Positions 11,900 to 24,869 of a stretch of 44,822 bases of DNA are shown piece by piece. Source of the DNA: Nemertoderma westbladi (taxonomy: Eukaryota > Animalia > Xenacoelomorpha). The notes under the pieces are model-generated. The model did no database searches and was not told the DNA's origin. It was given only the letters and a program-made list of their open reading frames with translations. Both the position numbers and the translations under genes were made by a program. Where the stretch lies: assembly GCA_032718475.1 (NCBI GenBank), contig JAUCBJ010008872.1, forward strand, positions 1 to 44,822. Direction: 5' to 3'. How positions within the stretch are numbered: position 1 is the stretch's first letter; each line of letters opens with the position of its first letter.

Positions 11900-13290
11900 A
11901 AAGGTTATTTATTTCCTATTAGGTTCCTATTAGGATCCAATAGGACGTTATTTGAAAGCGTTACTGTAACAGACCGAGGTATATCTCTATTTCTTCATCA
12001 GAAGTTCTGAACTTCGACAAAGACTGGACAGCAAACAAATTCAATTCTACCGAAATCAAGTTAATCATCTCTTCAGTAAAGTAGAGTTTAAAATAATCTA
12101 TCGGTTCATCTACTTTATCTGGTTTATCTCCTAATGCGTCAGCGTCCTTCCATTGTGGTACACATGGAACCAGCGGGTTTGAGGACACCCATTTTATTTT
12201 TCTTCTCCTTCCGCCATTTGAAGGACCCATACTTGGAACTACCAGTACCGGCAGACCGGTACTACTTTTACAAGGTTTTGCGGGTTGATTTTGTGGAGTC
12301 GCTTCCATTCCTACTATAACCGGGATATCAAAGCCATGAAACTCCTCCGCGCCTTAGCTACTATCAGAATCACTACTACTCTCAACGAATCCGGGAAAAT
12401 CTTCACCATCGTCCGAGCAATTATCTGGGTCTGACACATCTGCATCTGGCAAAACAACTAATTGTATTTCACTCACACCTCTGCGGTTTGGCGATGGATT
12501 ACGTCGCCATCCATAGGCATTGTAAAATAGCCTACTGCCAGACAGACAGTTGTACCTTACATACTATACAGCTAAACGGCATATAAAGAGCACTAACTGA
12601 AACAATCTTCGAAATACTGGATTAGTAGGCAGGTAGGTACAAATTGCTAGCAATGTCTGACTGTACAAATTCTAATAACCAGAAATGAAACTATACTACT
12701 GTACTATATAAGGCATTGTAAAGTAGCCTACTGCGAAACAGACAGTTAGTTAGTACCTTACCTACTATACAGCTAAACTGCATGTAAAGGGCACTAACTG
12801 AAACAATGTTCGAAATACTGCATTGGTAGGTACAAATTGGATTATACATAATATGTACAATTATCGGTAGAATATTATTCTGGTTATTCAACTATCCTCC
12901 ATACCCCCTTGGAGCCCTTATGTGGGCAACATATAAACACATACATCATATAAATCCACAGGGACACCAATGTTTTTTATTGGTAAGAATACATAAAGGG
13001 GACATGTTAGTGGCTGGCTATATTTTTTTCAACTAATTTATTCCCGATGTCACAATGACAATCGGTGATTTATTACAACCATCTAAAAATCGGAAATCTC
13101 TCCGCATAATTCGGCTGCTACCAACGGTGTAACCACCCCTTGCACACAGTGGTAAAGTGTTTTTTGGATGATTAAAGGTCCCTTTAAATTTTAAAAACAA
13201 ATCTGTTACGAAGTATAACATTGTTGGTGCACAATACCCTCTAGAATTTGCTGACCCATATATGGGCCCAGGGGTGTCTGAAAGGAATGT
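11900..13290 (-). mobile_element. piggyBac remnant: 5' end and transposase N-terminus, truncated
   Basis: An acidic N-terminal region (SRLFYN...DVSDPDNCSDDGEDF, one stop) leads into EPIDYFKLYFTEEMINLISVELNLFAVQ...SDEEIEIYLGLL, the start of the PGBD/DDE_Tnp_1_7 domain. A ~187-bp internal duplication lies at 12515-12840 and a possible CCTTTCAGACACCC terminus near 13285. Confidence 0.75.
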
Positions 13291-13497
13291 TTGCAATCTT
13301 TGAACGCCAATATCTTAGCTGTGTCATAATAAAACGTTAATGTTTGCAATCTGTTAACGCCAATATCTTAGCTGTGTCATAATAAAACGTTAATGTTTGC
13401 AATCTTTGAACGCCAATATCTCAGCAGTAGTGTCACAATAAAACGTTAATGTTTGCAATCTTTGAACGTCATTATCTCAGCTGTGTTACAATAAAAC
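13287..13497. repeat. ~53-bp minisatellite, 4 copies
   Basis: aatgtttgcaatctttgaacgccaatatcttagctgtgtcataataaaacgtt repeated. Confidence 0.92.
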
Positions 13498-14332
13498 TCA
13501 GACTATTTAGCATACTTGGAATCCTTGTAACGGAATATCTATAATGACAAATAAAAATTACGACTAATGTGAAGAATGGCCGCGATACGACGTCTGAAAT
13601 TTCACAAAAGATACCCTTTGTAAAATACTTAATATAAATTGAAAGGGAAAACATAAAATTATGACCCTGTCTTAACCTCGATGGAGAATTGAACTAGTTG
13701 AGTTTAAAATTTCATGCAATATAATAAAGATTTGTAGAAAAAAAGGAGTTGGGGCCCGTGTCATCAGAAATATATAAGATATTTTTATCAATTTTAGGCC
13801 AAAATGGGACAAATTATGTGTAAAATGTGGTTAGAAAAATTGAAAACAGAAAATTATTGCAGTAAGAAACTTTGGATTTTCGATTGTGTAATTTGTGTTT
13901 GGAGGTTGAAATTTTCACTGAATTTTGTGAAATAAATATGTTTTACACTACAATTCAGAATACTTATTTCAGAATCCGCGTTTTTTACTTGTGCTGCATG
14001 TGTATTATTATACTTTTATTGTAGAAATACATATTGTTGGTCTACTGTGCAATATGGAGTATGCAAATATTCTGGATTAAATTAATAATAATAAATAAAA
14101 CACTAAACCTTAATATTCAAACATTACAACCAACTTTGTACGGACGGGGCCATATCGCACTTATAGTTTAATCTACAACTAACTACATAGATTATTCTTC
14201 TAATTTGTAACGCGACTGTGTCTAACAAGTTTACTGGAAGTTGAGAAACGTTTCTTACAAACATTACAGTTACCGAGTCTCCCCACTGCGGATACATTTG
14301 TGGCGCTTTACTTGATGTCGGTGGGAGAAACA

Positions 14333-17300
14333 TTAACCGCATGTATCGCAGCTAAACGGTCTTTCACCTGTATGTATCCGCTTATGGGACGTTAAAAAGC
14401 CGCTCTGCGTAAATCCCTTCCCACACGTGTCGCACACGAACGGCCGATCTTCAGTGTGAATTCTTTTGTGGGACTTTAGAGTACCGCTCTTTCTAAATCC
14501 CTTCCCGCACTTGTCGCACACAAACGGACGCTCTTCGGTGTGAATTCTTTTGTGGGACTTTAGAGTACCGCTCTCTGTAAATCCCTTCCCACACGTGTCG
14601 CACACGAACGGACGCTCACCGGTGTGAATTCTTTTGTGGGACGTTAGATTGCCGCTCTCCGTAAATCCCTTCCCACACGTGTCGCACACGAACGGACGCT
14701 TTCCGGAATGCGTCCGTTTGTGCGCGGTTAGGTGTGCACTAGGTCGAGAGAATCGTTTGTAGCAGATGCCGCATTGGTATGGACGCTCGCCGGTGTGGAC
14801 CCGTTGGTGTACAATTAGTCTGCTGTTCCTTGCGAACGTCTTATCACAAGTATCACAGCTGAACGGCTTCTCATTGGAGCGGCTTCCTTTCACAATATCC
14901 TGGGGTTGAATCCCAGATGGACCAGGTTGGTCGAAGGAATTATTCATACTTCCCGGTGTTACGTCATCGTCGGAAGTGAGCATGTCTGAATCATCAGGGG
15001 ATGGTTGTGATTGGTCGCCTATAGAAAGTAATGGAGTGGATCAATAATGCTGAAGAAATAATGGTGATTAAAATCAGAAGATTTTTGAAGTAATGGAATA
15101 ATTAATTTGTAGATAATTAGATAAATAAAGTCTGAGTTATTTTCAGTAAAATTTGACCCCCCACCCACCCCCCTCATCTCTGTCACATTTATCAGAAATT
15201 AGAAACCCCCTCACCCCTCATCGCACCCATGTGAAGAATAACAGGATTTCACTTTTCGGTCGACTTTTTATTGGAATTTTATATATTAAAAATTTGTATT
15301 TTTTCAAATTTCTCCTCATTAAGTGTTTTATAGCGCTTATTTTTGTCTTATAACCTGTACATATACTAATTCGTTCATTGTTTTGGTTAGATTCAGCCCT
15401 TCTGAAAGCTGTGGTTTTTGAGAAAACCTGGTCTTCTTCACATGGGGGTAACTGCAAAGTGAAATATAACAGCAGAAAATCTGGTATACTTCACATGGGC
15501 CCCTCATTGAACATCAAATCTGAAAAATAATTAAATAGTATTGACAAAATGTCGAGGGATATTTTATTCCGATGACCTTGTACTATTATAGTACGATCAG
15601 CTGAGTATAATACTCTGCTGATGTGATCAAAACCAACGAGGTCTCGACGTATTGTAAAATTATGCATTTTAAATGGAATTCCCATCAACGTAAAGAAAAC
15701 AAAGATAATGAAATTCCGGAAAGCTGGTCGCCTCGCTATAAATGATAACTTTACATACAATGGAATCCCTCCCAATAAAACTAACTGCTACGAATACATC
15801 GGTTTAATTATCCAGCCTTCACTCTGTTTTACCGAACATTTACAACAAAATAAATATTGCGCCAACTCAACCACTCAGGTCTTTAAACCAGTTAACTTTG
15901 CTCTAAGTAAAGAACGGCCACACAATTTTCTATATGACCGGTGTACAAGACTGAGATAACTCCCTCTTGAAATGACTCCCCAGTCATCTCAGCCTAGGCT
16001 GAGAACACTCACCAGTTATCTCAGCCTAGGCTGAGAACACTCCCATTAGGATGAGAAGACTCCCCTAATTTAGTTATAAATTCATATTCGTACCTGTGTT
16101 ATTTTCTTATATTCCAAAATAAAACTGTAACCTATATAATTGATATATCGTTTATTGTTTTGGTTAGAAAAGCCAGCCACTGTAACCTGCTCCTTTCCGT
16201 TAATTAAAAAATCTAGAGAGAAAACTGGCGAGTGTTTTCAGCCTAGACTGAGAAGACTGGGGAGTCATATTTGGTGCGGAGTTATCTCAGCCTGTTACAC
16301 CAGCGCCCTTTAAATTATTACAAAAATCGGCAAATACCTTGCGCATAACAACCACAAAGAACTGGAAGAGATCAGAACCCAACACATAAAATGTCTGCAT
16401 CCTCAACCTCGGAGGAATGGTTTTATAATAAAGCGATCAAATTAACAAACGGAAAAACCAGGACTCCTAGCGCTTTATGATGAAAGATTTCCATGAAATT
16501 TCCATGATTTAATAGAAATAAATAGTAAATAGTACCTGTCCACCACCATAGGCATAGGTGATCTTCCACCACAGTAAACTCTTCTATTGTTTCCCAAGTT
16601 GCCTTGGTTCCCATTTATCGACCACTGAAGGATGAAAGTCAGGGTTGCGCTAGGCTGCATCATTTAAAGCACTGTGCCCAAACAGTGCTGAACATTCTAG
16701 GGATCGAACCAGGGCTTCCTAATTTGAAGCCCAGGAATGTCACCTCACCACTAGACCAAGCTGATGCTGCTTGGTCTAGTAAAGTAAAATAAGAAATATA
16801 AAAAAATTCCATGATACAACTAAACCAAACCAAACAAGCCTGAAATCAAATAAACTGTTTAATAATGGTACCGGTATATAATAGCAGAATTGCGCGCCAT
16901 CTTGAGGTTGAGGCAGTGCGGATATTTTGTTATTGTTATATTGAGTTTGCACAAAGCGTGGAGTTTCTCCCCCGAACTCTACAACCAAATGGGCACCAAC
17001 CTTACGTCCTTTTCCGGTATAGCAGGAAATTTCCACCCCCGTAAAATTCACCCACCGGTTAAAACCCCCTAGTGTATCCCCCCCCCCCCCGCCCCCCTGT
17101 TAGAATTCACTATGGTATTTTAAACGGGGGTGAAACTACTGTGGGTGATTTATTCTCACAAAATTTGTGGTTGAAATGTTGGATCCTGTATGCTAAGCTC
17201 ACTAACTTCGCGAGTTGTACCACATTATTCAGAGTAACGGTAATATGAGTTATTTTCAATATAAAACCCAAGTAAAGGTTAACTCACCTATAGCGGAAAC

Positions 17301-18809
17301 TGTTGTTGGTTTAGGGCGCAACCGAAGGTTGTAAGTGTTGGAATGATTTAAGTTAAAGTCGTCTAGAGACTGAGTAGTGAGGGTTGGTGAGGAGCTAGTG
17401 TCTGTTAGGGGACCCTGAGCGGTGTGGGGAGTCGAGTAGGTAGCGGTAGTGTCTGGGACGAGAACATGAGTAGTGTTGGTGGTAGAGGGAATAGTGTCTG
17501 GGTAGGGACCCTGAGCGATGTGGGGGGTCGAGTAGGTAGCGGTAGTGTCTGGGACGAGAACATGAGTAGTGTTGGTGGTAGATGGAATAGTGTCTGGGTA
17601 GGGACCCTGAGCGGTGTGGGGGGTCGAGTAGGTAGCGGTAGTGTCTGGGACAAGAACATGAGTAGTGTTGGTGGTAGATGGAATAGTGTCTGGGTAGGGA
17701 CCCTGAGCTACGTGGGGGGTCGAGTAGGTAGCGGTAGTGTCTGGGACGAGAACATGAGTAGTGTTGGTGGTAGATGGAATAGTGTCTGGGTAGGGACCCT
17801 GAGCGGTGTGGGGGGTCGAGTAGGTAGTGGTAGTGTCTGGGAAGATAACATGAGTAGTGTTGGTGGTAGATGGAATAGTGTCTGGGTAGGGACCCTGAGC
17901 GGTGTGGGGGGTCGAGTAGGTAGCGGTAGTGTCTGGGACGAGAACATGAGTAGTGTTGGTGGTAGATGGAATAGTGTCTGGGTAGGGACCCTGAGCTACG
18001 TGGGGGGACGATGAGTTTGTCTCTGCAGAGATTCCATTATGTCTATCTATATCGAAGAACAACTCCTTCAAGCCATCGCCAACCTCACCTATATCGGGTT
18101 TATATTCCAGTTGGTCTTCCGTCTTAATGCGTAGGAATACCGGAACATCTGACTGTTCTGATGATAGAGGTTGGGTAGAATAATGGTTTGAGTTGGTTGA
18201 GCTTACTGCGGGGGTATAACTATAAGATAATAAAGTTAAACTGGTTGTATTATTATTCGATTCAGATTCAATGAGGTTTGGTTTGGTGTCTATCGGACTC
18301 AGTTTGGGATCCATTTGTATTTGTTCTCCCGGGAGGTCTGTCTGGTTGAGATGTTGTAACCTCACCACAGGCTGCATGGATGATGATTCGGTAGATGGCG
18401 TGCAACGACTAGAGTTTCGGGATTTCCGATGGAATCTCATTTCGGTCGCAGGATTGTCATTGTGGCGGTACGTTACCGGTGTCGAAGCCGTTGTCCTCAA
18501 TGGTCTCTGCGGTAGCGGCAGACCGGTCTTGCAGTTACCGGTAGTCGGGACAGTGGCCGGTGATTGGGTCGTGTTATCCGAGGTGGTGGCGGCGTTGTTA
18601 GACCCAGAGGAGAGTACGCGATGCAGCCACTCGGTAATACGAACAGCCGTACATTTATTAACAACATAATCATCCAGAAAACTACAGTTCGCGTCCAAGA
18701 ATTCTTCGATAAACTTCCGAACATATGAAACATTTTCCGAACAGATGTTTGCCAACATTGATTTGGTAATAACCAAAGCGCTAGAGGACTCAATAGTTGA
18801 TGGTTCCAT
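14333..18809 (-). CDS. Two-exon C2H2 zinc-finger protein gene (~735 aa): exon 1 18809-17288, exon 2 15018-14333
   Basis: Phase-1 donor (ATA G|GTGAGT, 17288) and acceptor (TTTCTATAG|GC, 15018) join in frame. Six C2H2 fingers with TGERPF/Y-type linkers; a seventh finger is cut by TAA. Confidence 0.85.
15480..15930 (+). mobile_element. Degenerate LINE RT fragment in the ZNF intron (partial copy at ~9175-9400)
   Basis: ILYSDDLVLL...INVKKTKIMKFRKAGRL...FTYNG...YEYIGL. Confidence 0.75.
15940..16301. mobile_element. MITE with TIRs and internal ctcagcctaggctgag palindromes (paralog 9403-10365; related pieces near 7120 and 24480)
   Basis: ggtgtacaagactgagataactcc ... ggagttatctcagcctgttacacc. Confidence 0.7.
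17409..18008 (-). repeat. 96-bp coding tandem repeat (32 aa, Thr/Pro-rich), about 6.2 copies
   Basis: gggaccctgagc recurs every 96 bp; unit AQGPYPDTIPSTTNTTHVLVPDTTATYSTPHT. Confidence 0.95.
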
Positions 18810-19033
18810 AGTACTGCAATGTACTGCTGTACTGTCAGACTGTAGTCGTTTCCGATGTTTCCGATGTCCGATGTTTCGAATTCCTTATTTACTTTAATCA
18901 AACAATAATAGCAATAGGCCTAGCTAATACTGTAATATAGCAGTGGTACCGGGTACAGGCAACCCAACAGGGGTACCATGCATACAAGTCCCTAAAAGGT
19001 GCCACCCTGCTCCAGACAGCCAGAGTAGCAGAG

Positions 19034-19125
19034 TAGGGATCGACCGAATTATTCGGTTTGGTACCGAATTTTGCCGAATACTGGAATATGGCATATTCGG
19101 TTCCGGCCGAATTTGAAAATTTGAG
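19034..19125 (+). mobile_element. hAT-like terminal fragment
   Basis: TAGGGAT start followed by ccgaat/attcgg subterminal repeats. A similar-style end (ccggaattccgg...CATCCCTA) lies at 24735-24838. Confidence 0.45.
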
Positions 19126-20557
19126 TTGCGAATATTTGTCTCAAATTGCAAATTACTACGGTCTGACGGTGGAAGCAACATCAGATAGAATCTGGAACAT
19201 AGCGGTAAGAAATTATTACAGTATTATTAAATATACACATAATGAATCTGATGTATTACGGTACCGGTATACAGGTATAGCAGTATACAGTCGGTGAGAA
19301 GTCAAAAATTGGATTTGAGTCCAAAATTGGACTTCGACTCCAGCTCAACTCAAGTCCAAAATTGGACTTCTGTGGGGTATAACTTTTCGCCGTATCCGTA
19401 TCCGTCTGTCCGTATCCGTATGCATTTGCCGTATCCGTATGCAGGTATATGTACATACGCTGTACGCGTATGTGCCGTATGTAATGGATTCCTATGGAGA
19501 ATAATCCGTAATCCGTATGTGATTTTAGAGATTAGGCATTGCGGACCAGTAAGAAGTGCACAACAGTTGTTGTACAAGCCATATACCGGTACCTAACTGT
19601 AGTGATTTGTATTTATTTTACTTTGTAATCCGCTAATACTGTAATAAACAAGTTCAAGTTCAAGTTCAACACCTATGCAGACTATGAAGACAGGTAGGCC
19701 TACTTAAAGCTAAGTGATTTAAAGAGTGTGGCTGCTATGCTACCTTACAGCCTTAGGTCAAATAAACAATGCAGGACAGGTCCAGGATGAGTGACAGCCG
19801 GTCAGCCGGTGTCCGCCAGCCCCTGCTGCCTGCAGTACCTATTAACCAGTTAACTCTTCTTGACGCTGCTTGGAAAACTAACCAACCGTGATTTATTTTT
19901 TAACTGTTTTTCCACCAACCTGGCTATAGAATGTTGTTGGTTGCTACAGTATATGGCTGTATGGCACTAACAGACTAACATAGTATAGACTGATAGAAGC
20001 AGCAATGAGAATGCTAAGGTAATAAACATTCGCACAGATATTGAACTGTTGAATACCGTCGTGTCAGTCTGTCCTTCTTTGTGAATTTATTAACATATAA
20101 TACTTGTAATATACCTTTACTTTCGGCGTTTCGGGGCCAGTATTTACAATTTAGTTAACCATAGCAGGCCCTATGCAGCCAAGTGCCAACAAGACCAACC
20201 TAGCGCCAGATGCCAGTTAGTCAAACCACGTCTGCACGTGTCAGCGAGTGCAACCAGGCACATGAGGCAACCGGGTGCCAGTACTGCAGTAATTAATTTA
20301 AGTCCAACCGGGCGGCCAGGTGTCAGTTAGTACAATAAAACAAGCGCTGTGGCGCATCCCGGACTGGGACTGAAGGACATCATCTGTCACTCATCCTGGA
20401 GGTATTAGTACGTTTGAACGACACTAGCCTAACAATCATGAAATCAGATAGAAACTGATAAAAATTGTTACCGGTACCGGTATAGCAGTATTGTTAGGCC
20501 TACTGCTGTACTGTTACTTACTGGCCTACTGTTAGTATACTGTACTCGTGTACTGTC

Positions 20558-21059
20558 ATGGCTGAATTAAATTTCATTGAGATTGGGAAACATATCGAGA
20601 CTGAGGAGCGCGCTATTGAGTTTGCACAAAGCGTGGAGCTTCTCCCCCGAACTCTACATCAAAATTTGCATCGTGATGCAGACACCCTCTGCCCTATTTT
20701 GGAGAAACATGTCGCCGGTGGAACCAAGATACAGTCCGACGAATGGCCTGCGTATTGCGGTGTGAATGTTGACATAACAAACGCCACTAACCCTTTTTTG
20801 GTCTGCTACCAATGGAACAGGGACCTACATACACGAAACCGTCAACCATTCGGTAGAGTGGGTGAGTGCGACTGGCACTCACACTCAACGTATAGAGTCG
20901 ATGTGGGGCCACTTAAAGACGTCAGTCATCCGCAATAAGAAATGCACAACACCGCAACTTATTGCTGGCCACCTGGTAGAATTTCGGTGGAGACTTTTAA
21001 ATCGCGACCGACCTTTCTCAAATCTACTTGCACTTTTCAAACATTACTACCCTTGCTGA
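20558..21059 (+). mobile_element. Merlin (IS1016/IS1595-like) transposase, internally deleted and frameshifted
   Basis: RDADTLCPILEKHVAGGTKIQSDEWPAY...HETVNHS...TGTHTQRIESMWGHLK...HLVEFRWR. The N-terminus joins directly to the RDADTL block. Confidence 0.85.
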
Positions 21060-21664
21060 ATGTCTATACTGTACCTTATACCTTAACCAACCCAAACGGC
21101 CCTTTTCAGGGCCAACATATGAAATAAACAACCGTATCGCAACAGCGTTATTAGCTTGTAATATTTTTTTACAATAAGATACACCCCCAGTCGGGGTAAA
21201 TATCAATTTTAATATTGGAAATATGTACTGTATGTACGGTAGACTGTAATTAAGATTACGTACGCGCACAGTAAATCGTAATTAAACTAATAGATTGAGC
21301 TAAAATATTACATAATTAAGCTAGTAAATAATAGTAATATTAGTAGTACTGTAGTAAGTAATATAATATAGATTAAAATAATACATTCCCTTCAAAGAAC
21401 TTAATAAATAATACCCATGAAATCCGCAAGGTGGAGCACAATACTGCTATACAGGCAGACCGGTACGGGTACCATTATTTATCTGATTTTAGGCTTGTTT
21501 GACTCGTGTCGTTCAAACGTACTAATACCCATCCTGTATGGCGTCTCTTTAGGGTCAATATTCAGTGTTTTAATATTTTTTATTCAGTATAAATTTACAT
21601 TCAGTAATAATTAATATCTTTCAGTGCTCTACAATATCTTTTAGTAATTAATAAATTATCGTTC

Positions 21665-22045
21665 AGTAATACTGAATTATCTTTCAGTATTTTACTGAAT
21701 TATCTTTCAGTATTTACTGAATTATCTTTCAGTATTTACTGAATTATCTTTCAGTATTTACTGAATTATCTTTCAGTATTTACTGAATTATCTTTCAGTA
21801 TTTACTGAATTATCTTTCAGTATTTACTGAATTATCTTTCAGTATTTACTGAATTATCTTTCAGTATTTACTGAATTATCTTTCAGTATTTACTGGATTA
21901 TCTTTCAGTATTTACTGAATTATCTTTCAGAAATACTTAATTATCTTTCAGTAACGTATTTATCTTTCAGTGATTATCTTTCAGTAATACTTAATTATCT
22001 TTCAGTAACGTATTTATCTTTCAGTGATTATCTTTCAGTATTTGC
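21665..22045. repeat. 22-bp minisatellite (more than 12 copies)
   Basis: tttactgaattatctttcagta. Confidence 0.95.
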
Positions 22046-22321
22046 AATAGCATATCAGTATAAAATCACTCGTTATAATAAATTCCGTATAAATTCCTTT
22101 ATCTCTCTATTGAATTCAATAGGCCAATCACAAAAAAGGCATATTCTAGAATATCCCTGCAAACAATTTAACGTTAATAATGCATTAATATACGTTATTT
22201 TCTGACAATGCCAACGTTAATTATTAACGTTAATAATACATATAAATAACGTTAGTTTGGCCGCCCTTTTAACGTTAAAAATTAACGCAAATTAACGTTA
22301 ATTTTAAACGGTAGGTATTTT

Positions 22322-22505
22322 GATCGTCAAAATATATTGTATGTTTAACGTTAAAAAATGACATATTACTGACAATCAGTTTGGATCGTCAAAATATATT
22401 GTATGTTTAACGTTAAAAAATGACATATTACTGACAATCAGTTTGTTTGCATCGTCAAAATATATTGTATGTTTAACGTTAAAAAATTACAAACAACTGA
22501 CAGTG
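22322..22505. repeat. ~63-bp tandem repeat (3 copies) in an AACGTT-rich region
   Basis: atcgtcaaaatatattgtatgtttaacgttaaaaaatgac. Confidence 0.9.
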
Positions 22506-23174
22506 ATAAAAACATAATTATAATAATTAACGCTTAATTACCTTAACGTTAATTAACGTCAAATAATCACATATTCCAGACAATTGCTATTATCTTATCT
22601 GGCTCTGTCTAAATTTACATCTTGACGGTCAGACCGGTAGACAGTGATAACTCGAAACAACCTAAGAAGGCATTCTCATATTAAACAGTTAGGTTAGGGT
22701 GGGTTGACCTCAGGTGACTAATGGAATTAATAACAATAGTTTAATTACAAGCTTTCTCTCATCGGAGCTACTTCTGGTAATTATTGAAAATGCATACAAC
22801 AGATCTCGCCAAACCATTTCCAGATGTGAAATCCTCATTAAATTCTGATGACAAAAAACCGCAAGTCTTGTTGACTTACGGTTTTTTTGCATAAATTTAA
22901 ATACTTGCGGTCTTTTGTATTGCACTTACTCTGCTGAAACTCAGCTCGAATCTATGATCCTCTCGGTTTATTGTCGCCGTGGTTGCATTAAAAATAGCAT
23001 TCAGAGAAATTACAAATACTATTGTATTTGTTAGCATCAAAATGTGTTGTTATGATTAATATTGATATTAGTAATGATAGATAATCTATATGTCAATGTC
23101 AATGTCCAGCATTCGACGCCACATTTGATCAAGCAAAAATCTAACATTTTTTATGTTCTTCCCGCCCTTTTAGT

Positions 23175-23360
23175 TTGTGTAGTGTTAATCCGTTGCCTAT
23201 AATTAACATCTCTCCAGAGGTCATGGGTTCGATCCCCGCAAAGGGGTCGGGAGAGTTTTCGTTTCAGGACGAACGCTTTAAAGGGACGAGCTAGGGCGCA
23301 TTTCTACAAGGGCGTCCTTTAATGGGTACTGGAGTATCCTCTGGTGAATAAAAATATGGT
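23175..23360 (+). mobile_element. Degenerate tRNA-derived SINE head
   Basis: B-box GGTTCGATCCC near 23227 and a weak A-box (gtagtg); no cloverleaf. Confidence 0.5.
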
Positions 23361-23710
23361 GGAATTAGGTGGCGTTCATAAAGTATGTCACGCAAATTTT
23401 CCATTTTTTTGACCCCCGTCCCCCCCCCCCTTCTGTCACAAAAAACCGATTTTCGTAAATTTATAACCCCCCCCCCCCCCCCCCCCCCCCCTAGACGAAA
23501 AATATTTTATTTCAGTAATTTAATAGCAGTTAGAAAGCACAATAGAAGGTGAAACATTTTGACTGAAGTAGTTCTTACTAAAAGCCTATACATACTATAT
23601 ATAGCTAGACGTCAAACTACAATACTGTACGTACATCTACAAGGCAGACTAGACACATTACTAATTAAACCCTTTGTCGTTCTGAAGATATTTTATGAAA
23701 TGCATCATTA

Positions 23711-24047
23711 GGCCCATGCTCCACTGGTAAGTCGTAAGTCATTTTCAGATTTTGTCTTAGTCAGAATCTCAAAATGAATGCCTCCTTGCTCCATTGGTAA
23801 CACAAGTCATAAGTCATTTGATAAAAAATATAAGATGCATCTCACATTTACTGCATATACCCAAAGTAACCAATCAGAGGCATCTTGCCGGATATAACAC
23901 ATGATTCATATATCAAAAGATGGAACATGGGACATAATCACAGTCATAACTTACGATTTACCATTGGAGACGCTAACATTGAAACCAATGTGTTCCATAA
24001 TTTATTCTGACTAAGACTACATAAGACTTACCAGTGGAGCACGGGCC
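23711..24047. mobile_element. PIF/Harbinger MITE with a TTA target-site duplication
   Basis: TTA|GGCCCATGCTCCACTGGTAAGTC...GACTTACCAGTGGAGCACGGGCC|TTA. Confidence 0.9.
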
Positions 24048-24869
24048 TTAGCGGGTGGTTTTTCAAATTTGCTTATAAAATTGCGTTTTTTAGATTGATT
24101 TTACATTATTTTACATTGATCTTACAATATTTTACATTGAATTTAAATTATTTTACATTGATTTTATATTATTTTACTTTGATTTAATTATTAAATAATA
24201 TGATAATTACAGGAGGCTAAATAAATTGCCAACCTTCTAAAGTGACGAAACTCGATTAACGAGTAACACAATTACAATTACTACTTTAACCTAAAACTAA
24301 AATAAATATAAAACGTTATTACAATACGTACAGGTCCTGCGAGTGGTCGTTAGTTCAGTTCTGCGTCGTAGGTGCTGCATAATATAGTACTTTAATTTCT
24401 ATTTACAGCAAATCCATTTCTTACCATAAATCTATTTATTCCCAGCAATAATTAAACTGTAACATGTACTATTGGCCTCGTTTATTGTTTTGGTTCGAAT
24501 AACATGTCACTGTAACATGCTCCTTTACCTTAAAGACACCAGGATATTGCACCAAAGGACCTAATGTCGCGATAGGCCGTAACAGCTCAGGTCATTCTCC
24601 ACTCCACCCACCTTAATTCCCCCAAGGTTCTGATTCATCTCATAACAAACTTACTGTAGAAATTAAAAAAATTCATTCGTTTTATAAAAAATTATAAAAT
24701 TTCCTGGGTCATTTAGTGTATTTCACTAATTATAGAAAATTCCGGTTCCGGCCGGAATTCCGGCCGGAATATTCCGGCATGTTGAATTCCGGTTCCGGTT
24801 CCGGCCGGAATCAAAATATCGATTCCGGGACATCCCTATACATCACTAAACTGAATGTGTACTTCTGGC

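Noticed and set aside
17405-18014. Alternative-frame and antisense repeat ORFs; mucin gene
   Set aside because: They are products of the 96-bp repeat; the main frame lacks a signal peptide and splices to zinc fingers
23175-23245. tRNA gene
   Set aside because: Only a B-box is present; there is no acceptor stem or cloverleaf
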